From NCBI GenBank assembly GCA_963737265.1, contig CAVTRY010000022.1:32001-96000 (forward strand): DNA of 64,000 bases, written 5' to 3'. Below are positions 29,533 through 39,796 of the stretch, piece after piece. This DNA comes from an uncultured delta proteobacterium. GTDB taxonomy: Bacteria > Myxococcota_A > Polyangia > Fen-1088. The notes under the pieces were generated by a model that searched no databases, was not told the origin of the DNA, and saw only the letters and a program-made list of their open reading frames with translations. Position numbers and translations under genes: made by a program. Numbering within the stretch: the stretch's first letter is position 1; every line of letters begins with the position of its first letter.

Positions 29533-31098
29533 CTACTTGCTCAAATCGCGGCAGTCCCGCTCGGCACGCTGGCGTTTGTCGGCCGGGGCGGCGGGCACCT
29601 GCTGGTAGGCGGCGGCGAGACTGCAATGAACGCTCGGGTCGTAGGGGTTGATGGCGAGGGACAAAAGCAGCGGCGCGACCGCCGCCGCGGCATCGCCCTT
29701 GGCCAGGCTGGCCTGTCCGACAATGAGGTGGGGCCACGGCAATTCCGGATAGGTCGCTTCCGCGCCCCCGACGACCTTGATGGCCTGCTCGGCCTCGCCC
29801 AGAGCCAGGTAGGTGCGACCGAGCTTGACTGCGAAGATCCAGTGCGTGGTTCCCGCGATCTTGAACCCCTTTTCGTATTCCACGCTGGCCGGGCGCGGCC
29901 GGTTGCGCAGTAGCATCATGTTGCCCAGGCGCAAGAATCGATCGGCGTCGCCGGCACCCGACGAACCTTCGTCCTCACTCGGCGAGCCCTGCGCGGACGC
30001 GCCCTGCTTCTTGTACTTGGGAACCACGGGTTCCATTCCCGGCAAGGTTCGGTAGTGAAGGCCCACCATGTATTGGCGCCAGGCGCGTTCGAATTCCGCC
30101 CAAGTACCGCTGCCGCCATAGGCACGCGCCACCGCCACGCGAGCGTCGCCGCCATCACGTACCACGGCCAGGACTTCGCGCAAGGCCGCGCCGTCGCCGC
30201 GGGCGAACAGGCAGGCGATGGCGGTCGTCACCTCGGCGAAGGCCAAGCTCGCGTCCTCGGCGCGTGGCAGCTTCGCCATCGACGGGTGCATGGCATCGAA
30301 GCCGATGAGCTTGCCGTTGGCCAGCGCCTTGGCCAAAAAGTGCTGCGTCGACGGATTGAGCGACAGCCCGGCGGGCATGCGCCAGCGGTGTTCGAGAAAC
30401 TTGGCGAAGCCTTCTTGCAACCACACCGGTGCCTTGTCGTGGGTCAGCGCCGCTACCACGTAGTGAACGAATTCGTGCGACAGACTGTCCTGCCACTCGT
30501 AACCTAAGCGCATGGCGCGCGGGCTGGTCAGCATGATCCGGCTCCACTTCGATACCGCCACCGTGCCGGTCCGCTCGATCTCGTCGTCAGTCAAGGTGGT
30601 CATGGTGGCCAAGTCGGTGGCGTTGCGAAGAATGTCGACGGGAATTGGCCGCGTGGGCACGAAGCCGAGGTCGCTTCCCAGCGCAGCCACGGCTGCCTCC
30701 AGGGTTTCGAGTCCGTAGTCCGCAAGCACAGCATCCTCGACCGGGAAGCGAAAGACGAAGTGGGCCGACTTTCGCTCAAGGTAGCCGTCGACGACCTTGG
30801 CCGACCCTTCGGCAAGATCGATCATCTCTTTGAGCTGCGGCGCCGGCACACCGCCTGCTAGCGCCGCCTTGTACTTCGCGGCAGCGGCGCGGAAGTCACC
30901 TTCGAGAAAATGTTGGTAGCCTTGCGCTAGCAGCGTGCCCGCCTCGCCGGGATGGGTCTCGGCCAATGCGGCCAGCGCGCGATCCGCTTCATCGAAGCGC
31001 CACTCCGAGTAGAGCCGTTCGACGGTCGGCGGATCCACCGCGGCCGTGGCCCGCGCCGGCAGCGCGAGCAGAGCGAGACAGAATGCGGCCCCTTTCAT
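29533..31098 (-). CDS. Secreted TPR/peptidase MA-like metalloprotease
   Basis: Signal peptide from MKGAAFCL; HEFVH followed by PVWLQEGFA (gluzincin pattern); start overlaps the upstream stop. Confidence 0.8.
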   Translation of the reverse strand: MKGAAFCLALLALPARATAAVDPPTVERLYSEWRFDEADRALAALAETHPGEAGTLLAQGYQHFLEGDFRAAAAKYKAALAGGVPAPQLKEMIDLAEGSAKVVDGYLERKSAHFVFRFPVEDAVLADYGLETLEAAVAALGSDLGFVPTRPIPVDILRNATDLATMTTLTDDEIERTGTVAVSKWSRIMLTSPRAMRLGYEWQDSLSHEFVHYVVAALTHDKAPVWLQEGFAKFLEHRWRMPAGLSLNPSTQHFLAKALANGKLIGFDAMHPSMAKLPRAEDASLAFAEVTTAIACLFARGDGAALREVLAVVRDGGDARVAVARAYGGSGTWAEFERAWRQYMVGLHYRTLPGMEPVVPKYKKQGASAQGSPSEDEGSSGAGDADRFLRLGNMMLLRNRPRPASVEYEKGFKIAGTTHWIFAVKLGRTYLALGEAEQAIKVVGGAEATYPELPWPHLIVGQASLAKGDAAAAVAPLLLSLAINPYDPSVHCSLAAAYQQVPAAPADKRQRAERDCRDLSK

Positions 31099-34085
31099 TT
31101 CACCAGCTCCTCGTAGTAGCGGCGGACCTCGTCGCGGAATTTCTCGGGCGGCTTCTCGCGCATGGCCTCCATCAGCTCCTGCCGCCACTCGCGCGGGGCT
31201 TGACTTGCCTCCGCCTCGGGTATGCGCACGGGCTCGCGGCTCGGCCGGGAACCGTCGCTCGATTGGTGGCCCACACTTTGGCGTAGTTTGGCCAAGCGGG
31301 CAGCCGCGTCCTCCACGCGGCCGGCGCCCTCGTGGGCAGCGCCCTGCTGCAGATCCTGGCCCGCCTGGCGCATCTCGTCCGCGATCTCCTCCAATTCGGC
31401 GGCGGCCTTGCCCGCCTCGGGCACGGCGTCGTCGCGGCCACCTACCTCGTGGGACAGCCCGCGCGTTCGTTCCTCGATGCCGCTTTGGCGCTGCCCGAGG
31501 TTGCGCGTGCGCGAGCGCTGCTCGCCCGACATGACCTCGTCGCCGCGCGGAACCACGCGCGCCAGATCGGCGGCGAGCTCATGGGCGAGGCCAGCCGCGT
31601 CGGTCACTTGGCCATCGAAGCTCGCCAGACTCGGCGACGACGATCGGCCCTGAAAAATTTGCCGGCCGGTCATTTGTTGCAAGTGCCCAAGGCCCGCGGC
31701 CATGCGCTCGACTTCACGCTGGGACTCGTTCCACTCCCTGGCCGGCAACAATCGCCGCAACTGGCGCACGTTCTCACGCACAGCCTCGGTCGCCGTTTCG
31801 GCGCTGCTGCCAAGATCGCGCGGAACGTTGCCGGCCATCTTGCGCTGAATCTGGTCGAGCTTCTGCTTGGCCTTGGCGAGAAAGTCGGCCATTTGCGCCT
31901 CCATGCGCTTGCCGAGCTCGCCATCGACTTCCTTGGCCAAGGATCGGCTGTCGTCGCCGAGACCGCGCTCGTCGCCTTCCAGATCGCCGATCTTCCTGGC
32001 CAGCTCCGCCATGGCCCGATTCTCCTGGGGAAAGCGCGCGTTACTGAAATCGCCGGCATTCTTGTCGAGCAGGTCGCGCAAGGACGCGAGCGATTCCCCC
32101 AATTCCGACAGAGCCTGCCCGAGCGAACGCGCGTCGCCTTTGGCCAAGAGGGAATCGAGACGCGTGGCCTGCGCCATCGCCTTGCGCGCATCCGGCATGT
32201 TCATCCATTCGGGACTCACTTCGTTGCGAGCCTGGACCTCGGCGATCTTGTGCACCAGCTCGGCGACCCGCTCGCGCAGCTCGCGCACTTCGCGTTCGAT
32301 TTGTCGGCGTAGCTGCTCGTCGCCCGAGGCCTTGTACCGTTCGAGCAGGTCTTGCAGTCGCTGGTGCGCGGCCACCAGATCCTTGCCCATGCTCGCCAGA
32401 TCGTCGAGCCGCTGGCGGCCCACTAGATCGTCGAGGGCGAGCACGCCGTTTTCTAATTCGGCGATGTGGCGGACGGCGGCGGCGTGCAGCCGGGCCCATG
32501 CGGCGGCGTTGACGGTGCCGTCGCTGCCCTTGCTGCGTAGACTTGCGAGCCCCTCCTCCTCGTCGCGCACGAGCTTGCCGAGTCGGCCGGCCACGCTGGC
32601 CAACGCGCTCACCAGGACCTTGTTGAGGCCGCCCGCCCGGCGCTGCTGTTCGACGAGACGACCGAGCTGCGCCAGGCTGGCCTCCTCGCCTTCGTGCACG
32701 TCGTGCAGGCGAGCAAGGACATCCTGCGCCTCGCCTGTCTTGCCCGGCGTCTCGATCTCGATGCGATCGGCGAGCGTAGCGATGAGTTTTTCGAGGATTT
32801 CGCGCTCGCGAACCAGGTGCTCTTCGAGATCCTCGCGCGGGTTTTGGATGACGAGGTAGAGCGTGCGCGAGACGCCGGCCTTGCTACCCGAGACATCGTC
32901 GCGATCCTTGGCCTCGATGTGATAGGCCACGCGCGCGCCCGGGGTGAGCATGGCCGCGGCGGGCTCGAAGGTCGTGGTGGCGCGCACCTCGCGCGACCCC
33001 TGTGCGTTCTTGAGCAGGGCACGTTGCTCGGGTCCGTCGTTCACGCGGTAGACCAGCGAGATCTCCGTCAGTCCGAAATCGTCGTGGGCGTGGTAGGCGA
33101 TCTCGACCGGTCGTGGTGTGGCCAGCTCCAGCCTGTCGGCGGGGCCGACGATGTCGACCTCGGGCGGCCGGTCGGCCTCGACCACGATTTGGTGCGCGCG
33201 CTCCTCGCGCACTGGCCGGCCAAGGAACGGCAGAAGCCAGACCCGGTACGATCCGTTTTCCGACAACGCGAACGCCGCCCTAAGCTTGCCGTGATCCAAT
33301 TTGGCCGCGAGCGTACCGGCCTCTCCGGCGTCGCCTAGCAGCAGGCGAGCCTGGCGGGCCGAGCGCAACGGCTGCATCTCCATCTGGACGTGCGTGCCGC
33401 GCAGAGCGTGCAAGTCCCCGGTCGACCCTTCGATGACCTGGCGAGGCAGTCCGGTGTAGGCGGGAAAATCGTAGGTGATGCGCACATCGCCGACCAACGG
33501 ATCGCGGGCCACCTGCGCGCCTTCGAACAACGTCGGCGTGTGGAAAAGCGTACGCATGCCCCGGCCAACCGCGGCGGGAAACACCAAAATCGCAGCCAGA
33601 AGAACGAGGAGTGAGAGCGCCGCGACGAAAACCGCCCTCACCGCTCGGTCGAGCGGAATGAGATCTTCGACGACGATGGGCTGCGTGGCGTCCGCCACCG
33701 TCGCGCAGAAGGCGCGGGTCATCTCCGACGAGGCTTCGCGCCCGAAGGCGTGCGACGATTGCAATTGCACGGCGGAGAGAAGATCGCTCGCCAGGGGCGG
33801 CCGGCGCCGGCCCACCAGGCGCGCGACAGCCACCGGCCTACTGAGCTCGCGCGACGGCCGCAGAAAGCCGAAGGCGATGCCACCGCCAGCGCAGGCTGCG
33901 ACGGTTGCAAGGGCGACATACGGCCAGGAGGTCGCTGGACCGGAAGCCCCCGCCCAGAGAGCAAGGAGGAGAAAGGCCCCGATGAGAACCGCCAACGCGT
34001 AGCCGCCCTTGCGTATGCCCGTCTCGAACAAGGCGCGACTGCGCGCCTGGCGGAGAAAGGAGCTAATACGCTCGCGGTCGGTCAT
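31095..34085 (-). CDS. DUF4175-like membrane/coiled-coil protein
   Basis: N-terminal TMs, FPAYTGLP, DRPPEVDI, AHDDFGL, long coiled coil, C-terminal VRRYYEELVK. Confidence 0.8.
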   Translation of the reverse strand: MTDRERISSFLRQARSRALFETGIRKGGYALAVLIGAFLLLALWAGASGPATSWPYVALATVAACAGGGIAFGFLRPSRELSRPVAVARLVGRRRPPLASDLLSAVQLQSSHAFGREASSEMTRAFCATVADATQPIVVEDLIPLDRAVRAVFVAALSLLVLLAAILVFPAAVGRGMRTLFHTPTLFEGAQVARDPLVGDVRITYDFPAYTGLPRQVIEGSTGDLHALRGTHVQMEMQPLRSARQARLLLGDAGEAGTLAAKLDHGKLRAAFALSENGSYRVWLLPFLGRPVREERAHQIVVEADRPPEVDIVGPADRLELATPRPVEIAYHAHDDFGLTEISLVYRVNDGPEQRALLKNAQGSREVRATTTFEPAAAMLTPGARVAYHIEAKDRDDVSGSKAGVSRTLYLVIQNPREDLEEHLVREREILEKLIATLADRIEIETPGKTGEAQDVLARLHDVHEGEEASLAQLGRLVEQQRRAGGLNKVLVSALASVAGRLGKLVRDEEEGLASLRSKGSDGTVNAAAWARLHAAAVRHIAELENGVLALDDLVGRQRLDDLASMGKDLVAAHQRLQDLLERYKASGDEQLRRQIEREVRELRERVAELVHKIAEVQARNEVSPEWMNMPDARKAMAQATRLDSLLAKGDARSLGQALSELGESLASLRDLLDKNAGDFSNARFPQENRAMAELARKIGDLEGDERGLGDDSRSLAKEVDGELGKRMEAQMADFLAKAKQKLDQIQRKMAGNVPRDLGSSAETATEAVRENVRQLRRLLPAREWNESQREVERMAAGLGHLQQMTGRQIFQGRSSSPSLASFDGQVTDAAGLAHELAADLARVVPRGDEVMSGEQRSRTRNLGQRQSGIEERTRGLSHEVGGRDDAVPEAGKAAAELEEIADEMRQAGQDLQQGAAHEGAGRVEDAAARLAKLRQSVGHQSSDGSRPSREPVRIPEAEASQAPREWRQELMEAMREKPPEKFRDEVRRYYEELVK

Positions 34086-34216
34086 GAACGCACACAGTAT
34101 ATCCCCAGCGACCTGGGTCGAACGGGGTTACATCGACCGGCGGCATCGGTGAATCCCCTACCTGCGCATCCGTTCATCTGGAAACGGTCCCAACCTTGCA
34201 CGAGTGACATCTTGCC

Positions 34217-34942
34217 ATGCAAACAGCGGAAGAAACCTGGACCTTCCATCGCCGCCAAGCAGAACTGCCACACCTTGCAGGGGCAATAGCGCTCACAGGG
34301 GCCACCGCCGAGCCGTTCGGGCACCCGTCCATAACGCAAACCGCCTCCAGCAACGACGATGCCGCTGACTCGCTGGTGGCTCAAGCCCAGGCCGGCGACC
34401 GAGCGGCGCTGGAGGAGCTCCTGACGGCGATGCGGCCGAGAGCCATGGCGACGGCACTAAAGATTCTCCGCAACAGCGATGACGCCGAAGACGCGGTTCA
34501 GGATGCCTTCCTCAAGATTTGGCGCTGTCTAGCTCGCTTTGAGGGCCGGTCGTCCTTTCCAACTTGGATCCATCGCATCGTCATGAACGCCAGCCTGGAT
34601 CTTCTGCGCCGGAGTGCCAATCGCTCTGAGCCGGTGGATAGAAGTGACAACCAAGCGATCGACGCGACCGACCGCGAGCCTAGCCACGAGCAAACCCCCG
34701 AGACCTGCCTGGCTAGCTGCCAAATTCAAATGCTGGTCCGATCCGCCGTGGCTGCCCTTCCGACAGCTCACCGCCAGGCGGTTGAGCTGCGCGAGTTCGA
34801 GGACTGCTCGTATCAAGAGATGGCCGACATCATTCAGTGTCCCATGGGAACCGTGATGTCCCGCCTCCATCATGCCCGAAACAAGTTGGCCGACGACCTG
34901 CGCGCGCCGATCGGGGACACGCGCGAATTGTTCGCCGCCTGA
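34217..34942 (+). CDS. ECF sigma-70 factor
   Basis: DAEDAVQDAF, FPTWIHRI, SYQEMADII, GTVMSRLHHAR. Confidence 0.92.
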   Translation: MQTAEETWTFHRRQAELPHLAGAIALTGATAEPFGHPSITQTASSNDDAADSLVAQAQAGDRAALEELLTAMRPRAMATALKILRNSDDAEDAVQDAFLKIWRCLARFEGRSSFPTWIHRIVMNASLDLLRRSANRSEPVDRSDNQAIDATDREPSHEQTPETCLASCQIQMLVRSAVAALPTAHRQAVELREFEDCSYQEMADIIQCPMGTVMSRLHHARNKLADDLRAPIGDTRELFAA

Positions 34943-35016
34943 AGCGCCAAGTCAGAGCCTGCGAAAACTGCGGTTAGCGCATTCGCTGACTGTAGGTACA
35001 ATGGCGCTCCTTTGCC

Positions 35017-37251
35017 ATGCCGCGCGGAGACGGCTTGATCGAACGCCTAAAATCCCTGCTCGTCAACAAACGGGTCTGGTGTCTCGTCGCGCTCGCTGTC
35101 GTGGCCGGGACGTATCCATTCTCGTGTGGCGTCCTCGGCGGACGGCTCGTCACGTCCAAGTTGGCGGCCAAGCTCGGCGTTCCGGTCGAGTACCACAAGG
35201 CTCGCGCGGGATGGGGAACGCTGCGCATTTCGGATCTCACCATCGGTGCCAAGGATCGCCCGCTCCTGACCGTCGCGCTGGCGGATATCTCATTCGCAGC
35301 CGCCTGGGGCGCAGGGACCATCACCCTGCAATCGCCAAGCATGGACATCCAGCGGGGTGGTGAACGCGACAACGCCAGTACGCTCCTCGATCGCTTGCGC
35401 AGGCCCGGCGCACGCGGCGGAAGCGAAAAAGTGCGACCTTTCCCGGTTATAGTCGTCAACCAGGGGAGCCTTCACATCCAGGATGCGAAGTCCGATGTGT
35501 CCGTGTCCGTCGCCCGCTTCGACGCAACCTGGGAGCCTTCGCGGCGGTTCTCCATCGCGGCCAGCGATGTCGATGGCCGGCTGAGTGCGCGAGGCAACGA
35601 CAATGCCCCGGCGTTCGGCGCGGCAACCGTGACCATCGAAGGTCCTCTGTCCGGGATGCGACCTCATGGCTTTCCAGAAATCTCCGTCAAGGAAGGTCGC
35701 GTTCGCCTCTTGACCACGCTGCCCCTGACGGGTATCACGGGCAGCTTGCGGCCCGTTCAGGCCGGCGAAGACGCCATCGACGTTCTCTTCGCCGGCAGCT
35801 ATGCCGGTGCAAAACGTTCGCTGTGGACCGCGACCGGAAAGGTGAAGCCGGCGGTTGACTGGTCGAGCGTGGATGGGGAAGTTGCCCTGCGCGCCGAGCG
35901 TTTTTCGCTCGACAAGATCGCCGAGGTCCTCCCGGCCTCGGTGTTGGATCCGGAAAACACCGAAATCGACGCCGCAATCGAGGCTCATTTCAGCGGCCGC
36001 CGCGTGACCCTGTCGACCAAGCTCGACGTGGCGGGATTGAGCATCCTGCACGAGAAGCTAGCCGCCGTGCCGGTCGAGGATGCGAGCTTCTCGCTGCGCT
36101 TCGATGCCACCATCGACCGCGACCGAAGGCGACTCGACCTCTCTCTTTTGGAAGGGAAGATTGGCAGTTTGCTGGTGCGTATTTCGGGATCGATCGAAAT
36201 CCCGGCGGGCACTTTCCGGTTCAAGGACGGCCACGAGCTCAAGGTCGTTCCCAAGATCGACCTGTCGCTGCGCGTACCGCGAACGGCGTGCGCTAAGATT
36301 CTGACCAGCATTCCGGCGCCCCTCGTACCGAAGTTGCAAGGGTTTGCCTTGCAAGGATTGTTCGAGGCCGATCTTCACACCAAGATCGATTTTGGCAATT
36401 TGGACGCGCTCGAGATCGGCGGCAAGGTGGGTATCGATGGCTGCCAGGTGACCCGGGCGCCCGAGGAAGTCACGGCGCTCGTCGGGCCCGAATCGATCCT
36501 CGAGACCGTCGAGGTTCCTCCGCTTCCAAACGGCGGCAACGCCAACGAGACGCTCACGCTTGTGGTGGGGCCCGACAACATGGACTTCGTGCCCTACGAC
36601 AAGATTTCGCCGTACCTCACCGCCGCCATCATGACCACCGAGGACTCCGGCTTCTTCAAGCACCGTGGCTGGGTTTCGTCCGAATTCAAGACCGCGCTCA
36701 GACGCAACATCGCGGGTGGCGGCTTCCGCCTCGGCGCCTCATCCATCACCATGCAGATGGTGAAGAACGTCTTGCTCAGTCGCGAGAAGACCCTTTCGCG
36801 CAAGTTTCAGGAGCTCTTCTTGGTCTGGTACATCGAGCAGATTCTCACCAAGCAGCGCATTCTCGAGCTCTATTTCAATGCCATCGAATTCGGACCGCGC
36901 CTTTACGGTATTGGTCCCGCGGCCCGGCACTACTTCGGCAAAAATGCGTCCGACCTCTCGCCCAACGAAGCCGCGTTTTTCTCGTCCATACTTCCCAGCC
37001 CGAAGCGGCGCTACGTGCAGTACTGCCACGGCTCGCTGAGTCCGCAGTGGGAACGCTATGTGCACAAGATTCTCAACAAGATGCACGAGCGCGGCCGCCT
37101 CAATGAAGACGAGTTCACGACCGCGATGGCATCCACGCTGGTGTTCGACAAGACCGAAATGACCATGACCGAAAAGCAGTGCAACGACTGGGTCCGCAAG
37201 ATCACGGCCAAACCAGAGCCCGAGCCCGAGCTCGAGACGGACGGACAATAG
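35017..37251 (+). CDS. Peptidoglycan transglycosylase (GT51) domain protein
   Basis: EDSGFFKHRG, GASSITMQMVKN, RKFQE, KQRILELYFN; N-terminal TM; no transpeptidase domain. Confidence 0.88.
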   Translation: MPRGDGLIERLKSLLVNKRVWCLVALAVVAGTYPFSCGVLGGRLVTSKLAAKLGVPVEYHKARAGWGTLRISDLTIGAKDRPLLTVALADISFAAAWGAGTITLQSPSMDIQRGGERDNASTLLDRLRRPGARGGSEKVRPFPVIVVNQGSLHIQDAKSDVSVSVARFDATWEPSRRFSIAASDVDGRLSARGNDNAPAFGAATVTIEGPLSGMRPHGFPEISVKEGRVRLLTTLPLTGITGSLRPVQAGEDAIDVLFAGSYAGAKRSLWTATGKVKPAVDWSSVDGEVALRAERFSLDKIAEVLPASVLDPENTEIDAAIEAHFSGRRVTLSTKLDVAGLSILHEKLAAVPVEDASFSLRFDATIDRDRRRLDLSLLEGKIGSLLVRISGSIEIPAGTFRFKDGHELKVVPKIDLSLRVPRTACAKILTSIPAPLVPKLQGFALQGLFEADLHTKIDFGNLDALEIGGKVGIDGCQVTRAPEEVTALVGPESILETVEVPPLPNGGNANETLTLVVGPDNMDFVPYDKISPYLTAAIMTTEDSGFFKHRGWVSSEFKTALRRNIAGGGFRLGASSITMQMVKNVLLSREKTLSRKFQELFLVWYIEQILTKQRILELYFNAIEFGPRLYGIGPAARHYFGKNASDLSPNEAAFFSSILPSPKRRYVQYCHGSLSPQWERYVHKILNKMHERGRLNEDEFTTAMASTLVFDKTEMTMTEKQCNDWVRKITAKPEPEPELETDGQ

Positions 37252-37256
37252 GCGCA

Positions 37257-39656
37257 ATGGCCCGACGAAGCGCGCGCGACTCCGGACGTCGAGAGACTTC
37301 GCCAACCGCACGCGGCAAGCGGTTGCGCGAACGCTCTATCTTCGCCCGCCTATTTCTGTGGTCGCTCGTTCTCCTAATTCCGCTGCTCGCCGGGGCATTC
37401 GCCATGGCCGGACTCTTCTATTACTACGGCAGCGATCCCAACTTGCCAAGCCTGAGCGGCATCGGCGACTACCGCCCGCCGCAAATCACCAAGGTGCTCG
37501 ACCGCGACGGAAAGGTCATCGGCGAGCTCGGCACCATCCACCGTACCGTGGTGCCATATGCAAAGATCCCCAAGGTGATGATCCAGGCCCTGCTGGCCGC
37601 CGAGGACGCCGAGTTCTTCGAGCACGAAGGCATCGACTACAAGGGCATGGTGCGCGCCTTCGTCGAAAACGTCATCCGGCGCAAATTTGCCCAAGGCGCT
37701 TCGACCATCACCCAGCAAGTGGTCAAGCAGATGCTACTCACGTCGGAAAAAAGCCTGCGGCGCAAGGTACAGGAAATCATTCTCGCTCGCCGGCTGTCGC
37801 AGCGTTTTTCCAAGGAGGACGTTCTTTCGATCTATCTCAACCAGATGTACTTCGGACACGGTCGTTACGGCGTGGAAGAGGCTGCTCGCTATCTCTTCGG
37901 CAAGTCCATCGCCGACGTCGACGTCGGCGAAGCGGCGCTGCTGGCGGGCCTCGTGCAGTCGCCCGAGCGCCTGTCGCCCTACAAACATCCCGACGCAGCC
38001 AAGAAGCGGCAAACCTACGTGCTCGGGCAGATGGCCAAGCTCGATTACATCTACGAGGATGTCGCCAGGAAGATCGCGGCCGCGCCGATTGCCGTCATTC
38101 CCGAAGGATCGTCGGCGCCCTCGACGGCACCCGAGGCCGTCGATTCGATTCGCAAAATGCTTGAAGCAAAATTCGGCGCCGACAAGCTGCCGAGCCTCGG
38201 ACTTGAGGTCAAAACTACCATCGACTCGAAACTACAAGCGCTGGCGCGACAGGCGCTCGAACGCGGCCTGGAGGAAGTGGACCAACGCCACGGCTTTCGC
38301 GGCCCGCTGGCGCATTTGTCGGGCAAGCAGCTCGACAAGCGGCGCGCGGAGCTGAAGGCCGAGCGCAAGAAGCCCATTACCGAAAACGACGTCGTCGAGG
38401 GCATCGTCGAACGCGTGGAGAACGGCACGGAAGGACCCAAGCAGGTCAATCTGACAGTCTTTCTCGGCAACGCCACTGGCGTCGTGGATCTGGCGGCCGA
38501 GCCTCGCTACAACCTCGGCAACAAACCTCCGCTCGCCGAGCGTTTTCGCGTCGGCGACGTCGTCCGCGTGCGCCTTGCGCCCGAGCGCAAGCGCGACAGC
38601 AGCGGCGACATCGCGCTGGCCTTGGAGCTGGGGCCGCAGGCCGCCATGGTGGTTCTCGATCCGCTACGGCGGGACGTCTTGGCCTTGGTGGGCGGCTACG
38701 GTTTTCGCTTGGGTGGCTTCGACCGCAGTCAGCGTGCCCATCGCCAACCGGGCTCGGCCTTCAAGCCGTTCGTGTACGCAGCCGCCATCGATTCCAAACG
38801 TTACACCGCTGCTTCGGTGGTGAACGACAGCCCCGAAGTCTTCAAGCTGTGGAAGCCGCAGAACCATGAGAAGGACAACTTCCGCGGTCCGGTGCGCCTG
38901 CGCGTGGCGCTGGCGAATTCGATCAACACCGTCGCCATCAAACTGTTGTCCGATGTCGGCATCCTGGCCGTGCGCGAGATGGCTTCGCGCGCCGGCATCG
39001 TGTCGCCGCTGCCGGAAACGCTGGACCTTTCCCTGGCGCTCGGTACCGCCACCGTCACACCCATCGAGCTTGCCAACGCCTACGCCACCTTCGCGTCCGC
39101 CGGCCAGTCGGCCGACACGCGGCTGGCAACGGCCTTCGGCGCCGAACAGATCCCCGCGCCCGCCCTCGAACAAACCATTCGTCCCGAAACCGCCTACGTC
39201 ATGGTGTCGCTCATGCGCAGCGTGATCGAGGCCGGCACCGCCCGCAGCGCCGCTGCCAAATTGCAACGCCCAGCCGCCGGCAAGACCGGAACCTCGGACG
39301 ACGTGCGCGACGCCTGGTTCGTCGGCTTCACTCCCGAGCTGCTCGCGGCCGTCTGGGTCGGCTTCGACGAGCGCCGCGTGCTCGGCCAGGGCGAAGAAGG
39401 CGCGCGAACCGCGCTGCCCATCTGGACCGACTTCATGACCAAGGCGCTGGCCGGCAAGCCCGTCACCGACTTCCCCCAGCCCGCCGGTGTGGTCGTCGCG
39501 CGCATCGATCCCGCAACCGGCCTATTGCCCGCGCCCGGCGGCGAGGGCATCGAAGAAGTCTTCCTCGACGGCACCGCACCCACCGAGAGCGCCGCCGCAC
39601 CCGGCGAAGAAGCCAATCCTGACCAGATGCTGCTCGAAGGACACGGCGGACCGTAG
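37257..39656 (+). CDS. mrcA: Penicillin-binding protein 1A
   Basis: AEDAEFFEHEG, GASTITQQ, RKVQE, QPGSAFKP (SxxK), SIN (SxN), GKTGT. Confidence 0.93.
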   Translation: MARRSARDSGRRETSPTARGKRLRERSIFARLFLWSLVLLIPLLAGAFAMAGLFYYYGSDPNLPSLSGIGDYRPPQITKVLDRDGKVIGELGTIHRTVVPYAKIPKVMIQALLAAEDAEFFEHEGIDYKGMVRAFVENVIRRKFAQGASTITQQVVKQMLLTSEKSLRRKVQEIILARRLSQRFSKEDVLSIYLNQMYFGHGRYGVEEAARYLFGKSIADVDVGEAALLAGLVQSPERLSPYKHPDAAKKRQTYVLGQMAKLDYIYEDVARKIAAAPIAVIPEGSSAPSTAPEAVDSIRKMLEAKFGADKLPSLGLEVKTTIDSKLQALARQALERGLEEVDQRHGFRGPLAHLSGKQLDKRRAELKAERKKPITENDVVEGIVERVENGTEGPKQVNLTVFLGNATGVVDLAAEPRYNLGNKPPLAERFRVGDVVRVRLAPERKRDSSGDIALALELGPQAAMVVLDPLRRDVLALVGGYGFRLGGFDRSQRAHRQPGSAFKPFVYAAAIDSKRYTAASVVNDSPEVFKLWKPQNHEKDNFRGPVRLRVALANSINTVAIKLLSDVGILAVREMASRAGIVSPLPETLDLSLALGTATVTPIELANAYATFASAGQSADTRLATAFGAEQIPAPALEQTIRPETAYVMVSLMRSVIEAGTARSAAAKLQRPAAGKTGTSDDVRDAWFVGFTPELLAAVWVGFDERRVLGQGEEGARTALPIWTDFMTKALAGKPVTDFPQPAGVVVARIDPATGLLPAPGGEGIEEVFLDGTAPTESAAAPGEEANPDQMLLEGHGGP

Positions 39657-39727
39657 GGCTGACATAGCTGCCCCGATCGTGTCGTCTTCGCCGGCTGTCG
39701 GTGCTTGAATCCAGGGAGATCTTGTGT

Positions 39728-39742
39728 TGGCGAGGTATTTGC
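39728..39742 (+). promoter_or_regulatory. Putative sigma54 promoter
   Basis: TGGCGA-GGTAT-TTGC, 55 bp upstream of ATG 39797. Confidence 0.55.
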
Positions 39743-39796
39743 AGGTCGACGAGGTCGTGGTCAAACGTCGGGTACCTGCACAAGGTGAGGATAGCC